In this document: one piece after another, positions 24,858 to 36,813 of the stretch | How positions within the stretch are numbered: position 1 is the first letter of the stretch | Layout: every line of letters starts with the position of its first letter | Assembly (NCBI GenBank): GCA_964016885.1 | Contig: OZ024746.1 | Location: forward strand, 62,062,001-62,126,000 | DNA from: Eledone cirrhosa | Taxonomy: Eukaryota | DNA: 64,000 nucleotides | Direction of reading: 5' to 3' | Made by a program: the position numbers and the translations under genes | The notes under the pieces: generated by a model | Told to the model about the DNA's origin: nothing | Databases searched by the model: none | Seen by the model: the letters and a program-made list of their open reading frames with translations, nothing else

Positions 24858-25042
24858 TAATTGTTTCTACTTTTGGCACAAGGCCAGCAATTATCCCAGT
24901 GTATTACTGGTACTTTGTTTTATCGACCCCCCGTAAGGATGAAAGGCAAAGTCAACCTCGGTGAGATTTGAATTCAGATCATAAAGGGCCGTAACTCTTT
25001 ACTGCAAAGCATGGCGTCCGACCCTCTACCGATACTGCCAAT
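24858..25042 (-). mobile_element. SINE family H with (ATT)n tail
   Basis: Reverse-complement copy, with (AAT)n at 24840-24860. Confidence 0.85.
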
Positions 25043-25074
25043 AATTACTGTTATTTTTGTTGTCGTTGTTGTAT

Positions 25075-26470
25075 GTGGTGGTGTGGTGGTGGTGGTGGTG
25101 GTGGTGGTGGTGGTGATGGTGGAAGTGTGGTGGGGACTGTGGTGGCGTGATGGTGGTGGTGGAGTCAGCGGCGGCAGTGTTGTTATTGTTACTGTTGTTG
25201 TTGTTTGTGGTGGTAGTGTTGGTGTTGGTGATGCTGGTGATTGTGGCGGTGCTGGTGGTGGTGATGGTGGTGGTGACTGTGGTGATTGTGGCGGTGCTGG
25301 TGGTGGTGATGGTGGTGGTGAAGTCGGCGGCGGCAGTGTTGTTATTGTTACTGTTGTTGTTGTTTGTGGTGGTAGTGTTGGTGGTGGTGTTGGTGTTGCT
25401 GGTGATTGTGGCGGTGCTGGTGGTGGTGATGGTGATGGTGACTGTGGTGATTGTGGCGGTGATGGTGGTGGTGACTGTGGTGATTGTGGCGGTGATGGTG
25501 GTGGTGACTGTGGTGATTGTGGCGGTGATGGTGGTGGTGACTGTGGTGATTGTGGCGGTGATGGTGGTGGTGACTGTGGTGATTGTGGCGGTGATGGTGG
25601 TGGTGAAGTCGGCGGTTGTTATTGTTACTGTTGTTGATTGTTGTGGTAGTGTTGGTGGTGGTGATGGTGTTGTTGGTGGTGTTGGTGGTAGTGACTCTGG
25701 TGATTGTGGCGGCGCTGGTGGTGGTGATATGGTGTTGGATTCAGCTGCAGCGGCAGTGGTATGGTGGTGGTGATGGTGGTGGTGGTGGTGGTGGTGGTAG
25801 AGGGCGTTATTGTCATTATTGGTCCCATTATCACCAATGTTATTGTTGTTGTTGTCATTACAGATATAAAAAGAGAACAAGACTATTCTGTGTCTTATGT
25901 TGAGATTAGTTTGAAGAGTGAGGCACGCAAACACACATAAAAAGGCACACACATGAGCACACACACGCCTTCACACGCACACCTATACACACACACGCGC
26001 CGACACACGCCCACCTACACACATACACACAAACACAAACACATGCACACACACAAACACACATTAAAAGGCTATCTGTTAACGTACATACATGAGCAAA
26101 CACACGCCCTCACACACACACACACGCGCCGACACACGCCCACCCACACACACACAAACATACACACAGACAAACGCACACACACACGCCTACCCATACA
26201 AACACAAATATACACACAGACAAGCGCACACACACACACACATACACACGCAAGCACACACACATATACACACGCAAGCGCACCCACCTACACACACGCA
26301 CGCGCACAAACATACACACGCACACCAGCACACAAGCATACACACCCACTTACACACACACGCACACAAACACAAACACCCACACACCCACGCGCACACA
26401 CACACCTACACGCATACGTACACACACATAAATATACACGCGCACACTCGTACAGCTATGCACACACATG
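25075..26470. repeat. GGT-rich low-complexity tract (27-bp sub-repeats), then a CA-rich degenerate microsatellite
   Basis: GGTGATGGTGGTGGTGACTGTGGTGATTGTGGC-type units at 25430-25600, then (CA)n variants from 25960. Confidence 0.9.
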
Positions 26471-26539
26471 TATGTAAATAAACGGTACACATTGTAATTA
26501 AAGATGCAAGGGTGTTGTTGAGAGATGGTAACAGGGTGA

Positions 26540-26960
26540 GCAGTGGGGTAGCAGTGGAGTAGCAGTAGGGTAGCAGTAGGGTAGCATGGGGTAGCAGTAG
26601 AGTAGCAGTAGAGTAGCAGTAGAGTAGCAGTGGAGTAACAGTAGGGTAGCAGTGGGGTAGCAGTGGAGTAACAGTAGGGTAGAAGTGGGGTAGTAGTAGA
26701 GTATCAGTAGAGTAACAGTAGAGTAGCAGTGGAGTAACAGTAGGATAGCAGTGGGGTAGCAGTGGAGTAACAGTAGGGTAGCAGTGGGGTAGTAGTAGAG
26801 TAACAGTAGAGTAGCAGTAGAGTAGCAGTGGAGTAACAGTAGAATAGCAGTGGAGTAGCAGTGGAGTAACAGTAGGGTAGCAGTGGGGTAGTAGTAGAGT
26901 AGCAGTAGAGTAGCAGTGAAGTAACAGTAGGATAGCAGTGGGGTATCAGTGGAGTAGCAG
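26540..26960. repeat. (AGTRG/AGTAGC)-based ~11-bp minisatellite
   Basis: GTAGCAGTAGA / GTAACAGTAGG / GTAGCAGTGGA units. Confidence 0.9.
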
Positions 26961-27285
26961 AACCAGAAGAAGCACGGTTAGTAAGGAAGTTGTAAGTACA
27001 GTCCATTAACGGTATGGTCAAAATATGTAAAACATTTCAGAAATTTAGTGTGTAATAACTACATATACACAAGTAAAGGCATAGAAATGTATGAATATGT
27101 GCACATATAACTCAAAACATTCAGATCCAAACAAACAATAACCTAGTTAATATCAAAATTTCAGTGAAAGAGTTTTGTTTCTGTGTTAGAAAGTGGCTCT
27201 CTCTCTCTCTATAGTGAAGAATGAATAAAATAATAAAACCAGAAGGACATTCAAACATACATATACACACAAATATATTCATATT

Positions 27286-27330
<45 letters not shown>

Positions 27331-27508
27331 TACATGATCAAAGTTCGGTTTAAATCATTTATTTGCTTACAATTGTTTCCTCCAAACCGTTCTTTATCTT
27401 ACTGGTAATAAGATAGTAATGAATTACTGTCTTTCACTATTTAGAGTTTAAAATATATATAACTATAAAAGGTTTTATTATATACATAACTATAAATAGC
27501 ATCCTTAA

Positions 27509-27552
<44 letters not shown>

Positions 27553-27563
27553 ACAAATGTAAG

Positions 27564-27624
<61 letters not shown>

Positions 27625-27814
27625 GATGGCATGTATATGTGAAGGTATGTATATCTCCTCTGATAATTTTGAATTTTTTTTACATAGATCTTTAACATGA
27701 TATACACACCAACACACATATATATCCCAGAAACGATCACAAAATCATGAATTTTTCAATATAAGAAACCTGTTCTTTGTTTTTATTTCATTGTTTTTAC
27801 TAATTTATACATAC

Positions 27815-27847
<33 letters not shown>

Positions 27848-27848
27848 T

Positions 27849-27972
27849 AACGAAGGAGGTGTGGTAAGGAACCAGATGGACCATAACGCACCAGAGTACT
27901 CAATACTTAGGGTAGTAGAGTGGGTAATAGGAGTATGTTTGACCCCGACGACAGTGCTCAAGCCGTCGGAAC
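27849..27972 (-). mobile_element. Family A copy without the fold-back arm
   Basis: Tail plus GACCCCGACGACAGTGCTCAAGCCG. Confidence 0.65.
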
Positions 27973-28025
27973 GTATATGTATGTTTGAATGTCCTTCAGG
28001 TTTTATTATTTTATTCATTCTTCAC

Positions 28026-28139
<114 letters not shown>

Positions 28140-28320
28140 CGCGAGTCAGTTCTTTCGTTGCTACAGACCCCACGGCTGAATTAACGGTTGCTATCTTCAT
28201 GTAAAGCCCTTTAAACTGTGTTATTACCTTATCGAGTGCTTGGCTGCACTGTTGAAGGCATTCGTCGGCTTAGCTGCGGCTCGAGCTTCGAATATACTCT
28301 ACTTTCATTTGTATATACTG

Positions 28321-28351
<31 letters not shown>

Positions 28352-28573
28352 TATTTTATATTTCGTTTCTGAATTTGTTTAGCAAGATTCTTTATCTGAA
28401 ATCTTGTGTTGAAACCGATATTGTTATACTTTGGGAGGGTCATGTTGCCAATAAGAAACACACGCACCAGTTGATTTCACTTCAATTTATTATAATAAAT
28501 TTATAATAAATTTATAAATTTATAAATTTCTGGTTGGTTGGTTGGTTCCACAACCAGATAGTTGTTTATATAT

Positions 28574-28618
28574 AGTCATAGTCCTTTCGTCACACACTCT
28601 GTGACCTCTTCAGTGACT
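28574..28618 (-). ncRNA. Minimal type I hammerhead ribozyme (family C, left arm)
   Basis: AGTCA-CTGAAGA-g-GTCAC agagtgt GTGAC-GAAA-GGAC-TA-TGACT. Confidence 0.7.
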
Positions 28619-28724
28619 GGGGATTTCTTTCTTTGTTTCTGTGCCTCTCCTTTGTTCTGTCCTACGCCATTTTGTTTCTAGGACAGAACAAAGGAGAGGC
28701 ACAGAAACAAAGAAAGGAATCCCC

Positions 28725-28769
28725 AGTCACTGAAGAGGTCACAGAGTGTGTGACGAAAGAACTATGACT
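28725..28769 (+). ncRNA. Minimal type I hammerhead ribozyme (family C, right arm)
   Basis: AGTCA-CTGAAGA-g-GTCAC agagtgt GTGAC-GAAA-GAAC-TA-TGACT. Confidence 0.7.
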
Positions 28770-29524
28770 ATATATAAACAACTATCTGGTTGTGGAACCA
28801 ACCAACCAACCAGAAATTTATAAATTTATAAATTTGACCCTCCCAAAGTATAACAATATATAATTAATATTTTATATTTTTTATATTTGTATCGACCTTC
28901 CGCCTGACACTGCGTTGTCTTTATACACTCCCTTCCCTGTATATATCACATACATATATGTGGTTGCGCGTGTGTGTATGTTTATACGCGTGCGTCCTTT
29001 CATCCTTGTATGTGTCTATATTTCAGCCCTTAGTCCCTGATGTACGCTAACTCCATTATCTTATCTTACAATTCCTTTTTCAACATATATATATATATAT
29101 GTATTGTTATACTTTGGGAGGGTCATGTTGCCAATAAGAAACACACGCACCAGTTGCTTTCACTTCAATTTATTATAATAAATTTATAATAAATTTATAA
29201 ATTTATAAATTTCTGGTTGGTTGGTTGGTTCCACAACCAGATAGTTGTTTATATGTATTTGTGGTCACACATACACTAACGTTTGCCCTCATGTATGTAC
29301 TTACGCACACATTTTTTTCACTACACACATGCAGTTGTACATACACACACATATACATATGTACATAAGTATGTGCATATACACTCATTTACACACATCC
29401 CCTTACTATATTTCTTCATTTTTATTTGTTTATACATTTCTTGTATTATTACTTTTATTTATTTTTTTTGCTCGTTAAACTTTTGCCTTTCTTGAGGAGA
29501 TTTTTCAAATATTTCAGTGTTTTA

Positions 29525-29602
29525 AATTGCCTTGTCTGACGAACGAATGCGGACGTTTATTGTATTCGTCTTATTCGGGAAACCTCTGGTAATGAGGTAA
29601 TT
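29525..29602 (+). ncRNA. Type I hammerhead ribozyme (single-copy family in this window)
   Basis: Stem I AATTGCCTTGT/ATGAGGTAATT (11 bp with 3 G-U), CTGACGA, extended stem II region (ACGAAT..ATTCG), GAAA, stem III ACC-tct-GGT, GUA site. Confidence 0.7.
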
Positions 29603-29908
29603 ATACTGTATTGTTTATTATACATTAAATATTTAGCTCTGTAACTTACATAGAGCACTCTTCATTCCTCTGACTTTTTCAATTTTTAACGGAAACTTCA
29701 ATACATATATATATATATATATATTGGTAAACGGAAAAGAAAATGCTGACAAATTATTCACAGTGAAAAATAGTTTAATTAGGAATAAGTGAGAATTAGT
29801 AATAGTATTGGTTAGTATTCAGTTTTGGTTTAAAGTTTTACCGGTTGCGCATTTCTAATGCTTTTCAAAAATAATTTTGAGATAGAGCGTCCGTGATGTT
29901 TGCTCTGA

Positions 29909-29939
<31 letters not shown>

Positions 29940-30136
29940 CAAACAAACAAAACACAGGAGGCAAATTTAAAATTATATTAGGTTATATCTACATACATAC
30001 GCACATACACATATGCATGTAAGCATGCATACATATACACAAGCATACATACATAAATATTTACATACATATATACATATACATACATACATACATATAT
30101 ACATGTACATATATACATAAATATTTACATACATAT

Positions 30137-30746
30137 ATGGTGGCTGCCAACTCGTTTTCGAGTATGGCCACTACTTTATATCCATGTAGGAGAACCCCTA
30201 CCGATGCGCTGAACGAGTGTGACTTTTTAGTCCAGCCAGCGACTTGAAAACTCTGGTACAAACACTACACTTGTGACAATTATTGACACATAGTGCTGGG
30301 CCCATGGTACCATGTGACGACAAGTGCAGAGATCTCCAGATATAAAACAATGCCTGTGCCGTGAAGCTTTTATAGTGAGCAAAGGCACTGCACAAAGCCA
30401 GTCCCACTCTCTTAACCAAGATGATATTTACCAAAAAGAAGAACAAGTCAACATCATTGGATACCATCAGGGTTGCAGGTGTTATATCAGAGTTTTCCTT
30501 CTCCTAGAATTCTGCCTTGACAAAGGCTAAGGGGTCATCTCTCCCGGTGATTTTGGATGGCCATTGACTCTTAAGACCTCCTTTGCCCTTTGACAGGTTT
30601 TGTTTTTAGTCCTGCAGGATGTCCAAAGTCACCCTCCTCACCAAGAAACCTTGGTGGGGTTGCCAGTTTAGTCGCCAACGACGCGACCATGGGACAAGTT
30701 GTACTGGGATACATGTTACCAGTAGCACCAACTGGTGACCTGACAT
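30137..30746 (-). mobile_element. Family G retroposon, apparently full length (~610 bp)
   Basis: Longest copy. The minus-strand 5' region has GTCGTTGGCGACTAAA, similar to a motif I recall from RTE-related 5' ends (unverified). Confidence 0.8.
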
Positions 30747-30906
30747 ATATATATACATATATACATACATATATACATACATATGAACATACATACATAT
30801 ATATACACACGTATACATACATAAATATTTACATACATAAATATTTACATACATACGTGCATACATACATACATACATAATAGACACGCATTCGTACATA
30901 CATAAA

Positions 30907-31140
30907 TGGTGTGGAGTGGAGTGGTGTGGAATGGTGCGGTGTGGTGTGGAGTGGAGTGGTGTGGAGTGGTGCGGTGTGGAGTGGAGTGGTGTGGAGTGGT
31001 ATGGAGTGGTGTGTGTGGGAGTGTGCAGTGGAGTGGTGTGGAGTGGTCTGGAGTGGAGTGGTGTGGAGTGGTGCGGTGTGGTGTGGAGTGGTCTGGTGTG
31101 GTGTAGAGTGGAGTGGTGTGGAGTGGTGTGTGTGGGAGTG
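30907..31140. repeat. (GTGGA)n/(GTGGT)n pentamer satellite
   Basis: Direct reading. Confidence 0.95.
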
Positions 31141-31394
31141 TAGTACAAGTGAGAATTGTAAGGTGATGTAGTGAGTTGAATTGTTGATGTGCATGGCGTG
31201 GGTGTGGTAGGTAGGATAAGGAGAGTGAGAGGGGGAGAGTGGAAGGGTGGTGGTGTGATTGGATGAGGCGGAGGTGTGGTGAGGTGGAGCGGTGTAGTAT
31301 AATTTGTTTCATTAGAAGCTGGAACGATGGCGTTGGGAGTGGGGTGCTGGCAGTGGTTGTGATGGTGGTGTAGTTTGTGGTTATGTTGCTGTTG

Positions 31395-34300
31395 TGTTGG
31401 TGGTAGTGGTGATGGTGGTGGTAGTGGTGGAGGTGGTGGTAGTGGTGGAGGTGGTGGTAGTGGTGGAGGTGGTGGTAGTGGTGTTTGGTGGTGGTAGTGG
31501 TGGAGGTGGTGGTAGTGGTGTTGGTGGTGGTAGTGGTGGAGGTGGTGGTAGTGGTGTTGGTGGTGATAGTGGTGGAGGTGGTGGTAGTGGTGTTGGTGGT
31601 GGTAGTGGTGGAGGTGGTGGTAGTGGTGTTGGTGGTGATAGTGGTGGAGGTGGTGGTAGTGGTGTTGGTGGTGATAGTGGTGTTGGTGGTGGTAGTGGTG
31701 GAGGTGGTGGTAGTGGTGTTGGTGGTGGTAGTGGTGGAGGTGGTGGTAGTGGTGTTGGTGGTGGTAGTGGTGGAGGTGGTGGTAGTGGTGTTGGTGGTGA
31801 TAGTGGTGTTGGTGGTGGTAGTGGTGGAGGTGGTGGTAGTGGTGTTGGTGGTGGTAGTGGTGGAGGTGGTGGTAGTGGTGTTGGTGGTGGTAGTGGTGGA
31901 GGTGGTGGTAGTGGTGTTGGTGGTGGTAGTGGTGGAGGTGGTGGTAGTGGTGTTGGTGGTGATAGTGGTGGAGGTGGTGGTAGTGGTGTTGGTGGTGATA
32001 GTGGTGTTGGTGGTGGTAGTGGTGGAGGTGGTGGTAGTGGTGTTGGTGGTGGTAGTGGTGGAGGTGGTGGTAGTGGTGTTGGTGGTGGTAGTGGTGGAGG
32101 TGGTGGTAGTGGTGTTGGTGGTGATAGTGGTGGAGGTGGTGGTAGTGGTGTTGGTGGTGGTAGTGGTGGAGGTGGTGGTAGTGGTGTTGGTGGTGATAGT
32201 GGTGGAGGTGGTGGTAGTGGTGTTTGGTGGTGGTAGTGGTGGAGGTGGTGGTAGTGGTGTTGGTGGTGATAGTGGTGGAGGTGGTGGTAGTGGTGTTGGT
32301 GGTGGTAGTGGTGGAGGTGGTGGTAGTGGTGTTGGTGGTGGTAGTGGTATTGGTGGTGGTAGTGGTGGAGGTGGTGGTAGTGGTGTTGGTGGTGATAGTG
32401 GTGGAGGTGGTGGTAGTGGAGTTGGTGGTGATAGTGGTGGAGGTGGTGGTAGTGGTGTTTGGTGGTGATAGTGGTGTTGGTGGTGGTAGTGGTGTTGGTG
32501 GTGGTAGTGGTGGAGGTGGTGGTAGTGGTGTTGGTGGTGATAGTGGTGGAGGTGGTGGTAGTGGTGTTGGTGGCGGTAGTGGTGTTGGTGGCGGTAGTGG
32601 TGTTGGTGGTGGTAGTGGTGTTGGTGGTGGTAGTGGTGTTGGTGGTGATAGTGGTGGAGGTGGTGGTAGTGGTGTTGGTGGTGATAGTGGTGGAGGTGGT
32701 GGTAGTGGTGTTGGTGGTGGTAGTGGTGTTGGTGGTGGTAGTGGTGTTGGTGGTGGTAGTGGTGTTGGTGGTGGTAGTGGTGTTGGTGGTGGTAGTGGTG
32801 TTGGTGGTGGTAGTGGTGTTGGTGGTGATAGTGGTGGAGGTGGTGGTAGTGGTGTTGGTGGTGGTAGTGGTGTTGGTGGTGGTAGTGGTGTTGGTGGTGG
32901 TAGTGGTGTTGGTGGTGGTAGTGGTGTTGGTGGTGGTAGTGGTGTTGGTGGTGGTAGTGGTGGAGGTGGTGGTAGTGGTGTTGGTGGCGGTAGTGGTGTT
33001 GGTGGTGGTAGTGGTGTTGGTGGTGGTAGTGGTGGAGGTGGAGGTGGTGGTAGTGGTGGAGGTGGTGGTAGTGGTGTTGGTGGTGGTAGTGGTGTTGGTG
33101 GTGATAGTGGTGGAGGTGGTGGTAGTGGTGTTGGTGGTGGTAGTGGTGTTGGTGGTGGTAGTGGTGTTGGTGGTGGTAGTGGTGTTGGTGGTGGTAGTGG
33201 TGTTGGTGGTGGTAGTGGTGTTGGTGGCGGTAGTGGTGTTGGTGGCGGTAGTGGTGTTGGTGGTGGTAGTGGTGTTGGTGGTGATAGTGGTGGAGGTGGT
33301 GGTAGTGGTGTTGGTGGTGGTAGTGGTGGAGGTGGTGGTAGTGGTGTTGGTGGTGGTAGTGGTGTTGGTGGTGATAGTGGTGGAGGTGTTGGTAGTGGTG
33401 TTGGTGGTGATAGTGGTGGAGGTGGTGGTAGTGGTGGAGGTGGTGGTAGTGGTGTTGGTGGTGGTGGTGCTGGAGGTGGTGGTAGTGGTGTTGGTGGTGA
33501 TAGTGGTGGAGGTGGTGGTAGTGGTGGAGGTGGTGGTAGTGGTGTTGGTGGTGGTGGTGGTGGAGGTGGTGGTAGTGGTGTTGGTGGCGGTAGTGGTGTT
33601 GGTGGTGGTAGTGGTGTTGGTGGTGATAGTGGTGGAGGTGGTGGTAGTGGTGTTGGTGGTGGTAGTGGTGTTGGTGGTGGTAGTGGTGTTGGTGGTGGTA
33701 GTGGTGTTGGTGGTGATAGTGGTGGAGGTGGTGGTAGTGGTGTTGGTGGTGATAGTGGTGGAGGTGGTGGTAGTGGTGGAGGTGGTGGTAGTGGTGTTGG
33801 TGGTGGTGGTGGTGGAGGTGGTGGTAGTGGTGGAGGTGGTGGTAGTGGTGTTGATGGTGGTGGTGGTGTTGGTGGTGGTAGTGGTGGAGGTGGTGGTAGT
33901 GGTGTTGGTGGCGGTAGTGGTGTTGGTGGTGGTAGTGGTGTTTGTGGTGATAGTGGTGGAGGTGGTGGTAGTGGTGTTGGTGGTGGTAGTGGTGTTGGTG
34001 GTGGTAGTGGTGTTGGTGGTGGTAGTGGTGTTGGTGGTGATAGTGGTGGAGGTGGTGGTAGTGGTGTTGGTGGTGATAGTGGTGGAGGTGGTGGTAGTGG
34101 TGGAGGTGGTGGTAGTGGTGTTGGTGGTGGTGGTGGTGGAGGTGGTGGTAGTGGTGGAGGTGGTGGTAGTGGTGGAGGTGGTGGTAGTGGTGGAGGTGGT
34201 GGTAGTGGTGGAGGTGGTGGTAGTGGTGGAGGTGGTGGTAGTGGTGTTGGTGGTAGTGGTGGAGGTGGTGATAGTGGTGGAGGTGATGGTAGTGGTGTTG

Positions 34301-36065
34301 GTGGCGGTAGTGGTGTTGGTGGTGATAGTGGTGGAGGTGGTGGTAGTGGTGGAGGTGGTGGTAGTGGTGTTGGTGGTGGTGGTGGTGGAGGTGGTGGTAG
34401 TGGTGGAGGTGGTGGTAGTGGTGTTGATGGTGGTGGTGGTGTTGGTGGTGGTAGTGGTGGAGGTGGTGGTAGTGGTGTTGGTGGCGGTAGTGGTGTTGGT
34501 GGTGGTAGTGGTGTTGGTGGTGATAGTGGTGGAGGTGGTGGTAGTGGTGTTGGTGGTGGTAGTGGTGTTGGTGGTGGTAGTGGTGTTGGTGGTGGTAGTG
34601 GTGTTGGTGGTGATAGTGGTGGAGGTGGTGGTAGTGGTGTTGGTGGTGGTAGTGGTGTTGGTGGTGGTAGTGGTGTTGGTGGTGGTAGTGGTGTTGGTGG
34701 TGATAGTGGTGGAGGTGGTGGTAGTGGTGTTGGTGGTGATAGTGGTGGAGGTGGTGGTAGTGGTGGAGGTGATGGTAGTGGTGGAGGTGGTGGTAGTGGT
34801 GGAGGTGGTGGTAGTGGTGTTGGTGGTGATAGTGGTGGAGGTGGTGGTAGTGGTGGAGGTGATGGTAGTGGTGGAGGTGGTGGTAGTGGTGTTGGTGGTG
34901 GTAGTGGTGTTGGTGGTGGTAGTGGTGTTGGTGGTGGTAGTGGTGTTGGTGGTGATAGTGGTGGAGGTGGTGGTAGTGGTGTTGGTGGTGGTAGTGGTGT
35001 TGGTGGTGGTAGTGGTGTTGGTGGTGGTAGTGGTGTTGGTGGTGATAGTGGTGGAGGTGGTGGTAGTGGTGTTGGTGGTGATAGTGGTGGAGGTGGTGGT
35101 AGTGGTGGAGGTGATGGTAGTGGTGGAGGTGGTGGTAGTGGTGGAGGTGGTGGTAGTGGTGTTGGTGGTGGTAGTGGTGTTGGTGGTGGTAGTGGTGTTG
35201 GTGGTGGTAGTGGTGTTGGTGGCGGTAGTGGTGGAGGTGGTGGTAGTGGTGGAGGTGGTGGTAGTGGTGGAGGTGATGGTAGTGGTGGAGGTGGTGGTAG
35301 TGGTGGAGGTGGTGGTAGTGGTGTTGGTGGTGGTAGTGGTGTTGGTGGTGGTAGTGGTGTTGGTGGTGATAGTGGTGGAGGTGGTGGTAGTGGTGTTGGT
35401 GGTGGTAGTGGTGTTGGTGGTGGTAGTGGTGTTGGTGGTGGTAGTGGTGTTGGTGGTGATAGTGGTGGAGGTGGTGGTAGTGGTGTTGGTGGTGATAGTG
35501 GTGGAGGTGGTGGTAGTGGTGGAGGTGATGGTAGTGGTGGAGGTGGTGGTAGTGGTGGAGGTGGTGGTAGTGGTGTTGGTGGTGGTAGTGGTGTTGGTGG
35601 TGGTAGTGGTGTTGGTGGTGGTAGTGGTGTTGGTGGCGGTAGTGGTGGAGGTGGTGGTAGTGGTGGAGGTGGTGGTAGTGGTGGAGGTGATGGTAGTGGT
35701 GGAGGTGGTGGTAGTGGTGAAGGTGGTGGTAGTTGTGTTGGTGGTAGTGGTGGAGGTGGTGGTAGTGGTGGAGGTGGTGATAGTGGTGGAGGTGGCGGTA
35801 GTGGTGAAGGTGGTGGTAGTTGTGTTGGTGGTAGTGGTGGAGGTGGTGGTAGTGGTGGAGGTGGTGATAGTGGTGGAGGTGGTGGTAGTGGTGGAGGTGG
35901 CGGTAGTGGTGGAGGTGGTGGTAGTGGTGTTGGTGGCGGTAGTGGTGTTGGTGGTGATAGTGGTGGAGGTGGTGGTAGTGGTGGAGGTGGTGGTAGTGGT
36001 GGAGGTGATGGTAGTGGTGGAGGTGGTGGTAGTGGTGGAGGTGGTGGTAGTGGTGGAGGTGATGG
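31395..36065. repeat. 4.7-kb GGT-based satellite with 15-bp period
   Basis: Units GGTGGAGGTGGTGGTAGT / GGTGTTGGTGGTGGTAGT / GGTGTTGGTGGTGATAGT-like. The plus strand is almost free of C. Confidence 0.97.
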
Positions 36066-36222
36066 TATCGATGAAGTTAATGTTAGGTAGGGAATTTCTC
36101 TGTCTTTTCAGGCGACATGCAGTTCCTAGGTGATATCCACAGTGATATGATATAGGTGGAAGAGGAGGAGAAGGAGGATGAAGAAGGGGAGGCGGTTATA
36201 TATATTTACATATATATATACA

Positions 36223-36261
<39 letters not shown>

Positions 36262-36268
<7 letters not shown>

Positions 36269-36735
36269 ACGTTAAGACGGGCGTTCGGGAAAGTGAAAGT
36301 AAATTTTTTGACAACATTGTGAATTTGTTTTTTTTCTTTTACAATGAAAGTTACGATACACACGCAATTGTATGGATTTCTTAATATATATATATGTGTG
36401 GGTGTGTATATGTGTGTATACATGTGTGTACACTGTGAATTTGTTTGTTTATTTACAACAGGTCTCTATAGTGATATGGTGTTAATTAGTATTGCGTGTG
36501 TGATTATTTTTTCTTTAGATAAACGTTAAACGATGATGATGATGACACAAACACATATATATATACATACAGACACACACATGTATACACACATATACAC
36601 ACCCATACATATATATATATTAAGAAATCCATACAATTGCGTGTGTATCGTAACTTTCATTGTAAAAAAAAAAAAGAAAATTCACAATGTTGTCAAAAAA
36701 TTTACTTTCGCTTTCTCGAACGCCCGTCTTAACGT

Positions 36736-36742
<7 letters not shown>
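36262..36742. repeat. ~168-bp inverted repeat with ~145-bp spacer inside (TA)n
   Basis: ATGGCATACGTTAAGACGGGCGTTCG... (36262-36429) is the reverse complement of 36574-36742. Confidence 0.85.

Positions 36743-36811
<69 letters not shown>

Positions 36812-36813
<2 letters not shown>

Larger units (their letters stand above)
28419..28858. mobile_element. Family C fold-back element (fragment repeated at 29103-29253)
   Basis: ~158-bp inverted arms 28506-28664 / 28679-28835, and outer inverted ends TATTGTTATACTTTGGGAGGGTCA. Confidence 0.8.

Noticed and set aside
32224-36133. 1288-aa Gly/Ser and 1224-aa poly-Val ORFs as real genes
   Set aside because: They arise from a GGT satellite that is open in two frames, with frameshifts, near-uniform codons, and no ATG start, signal peptide or unique domain.
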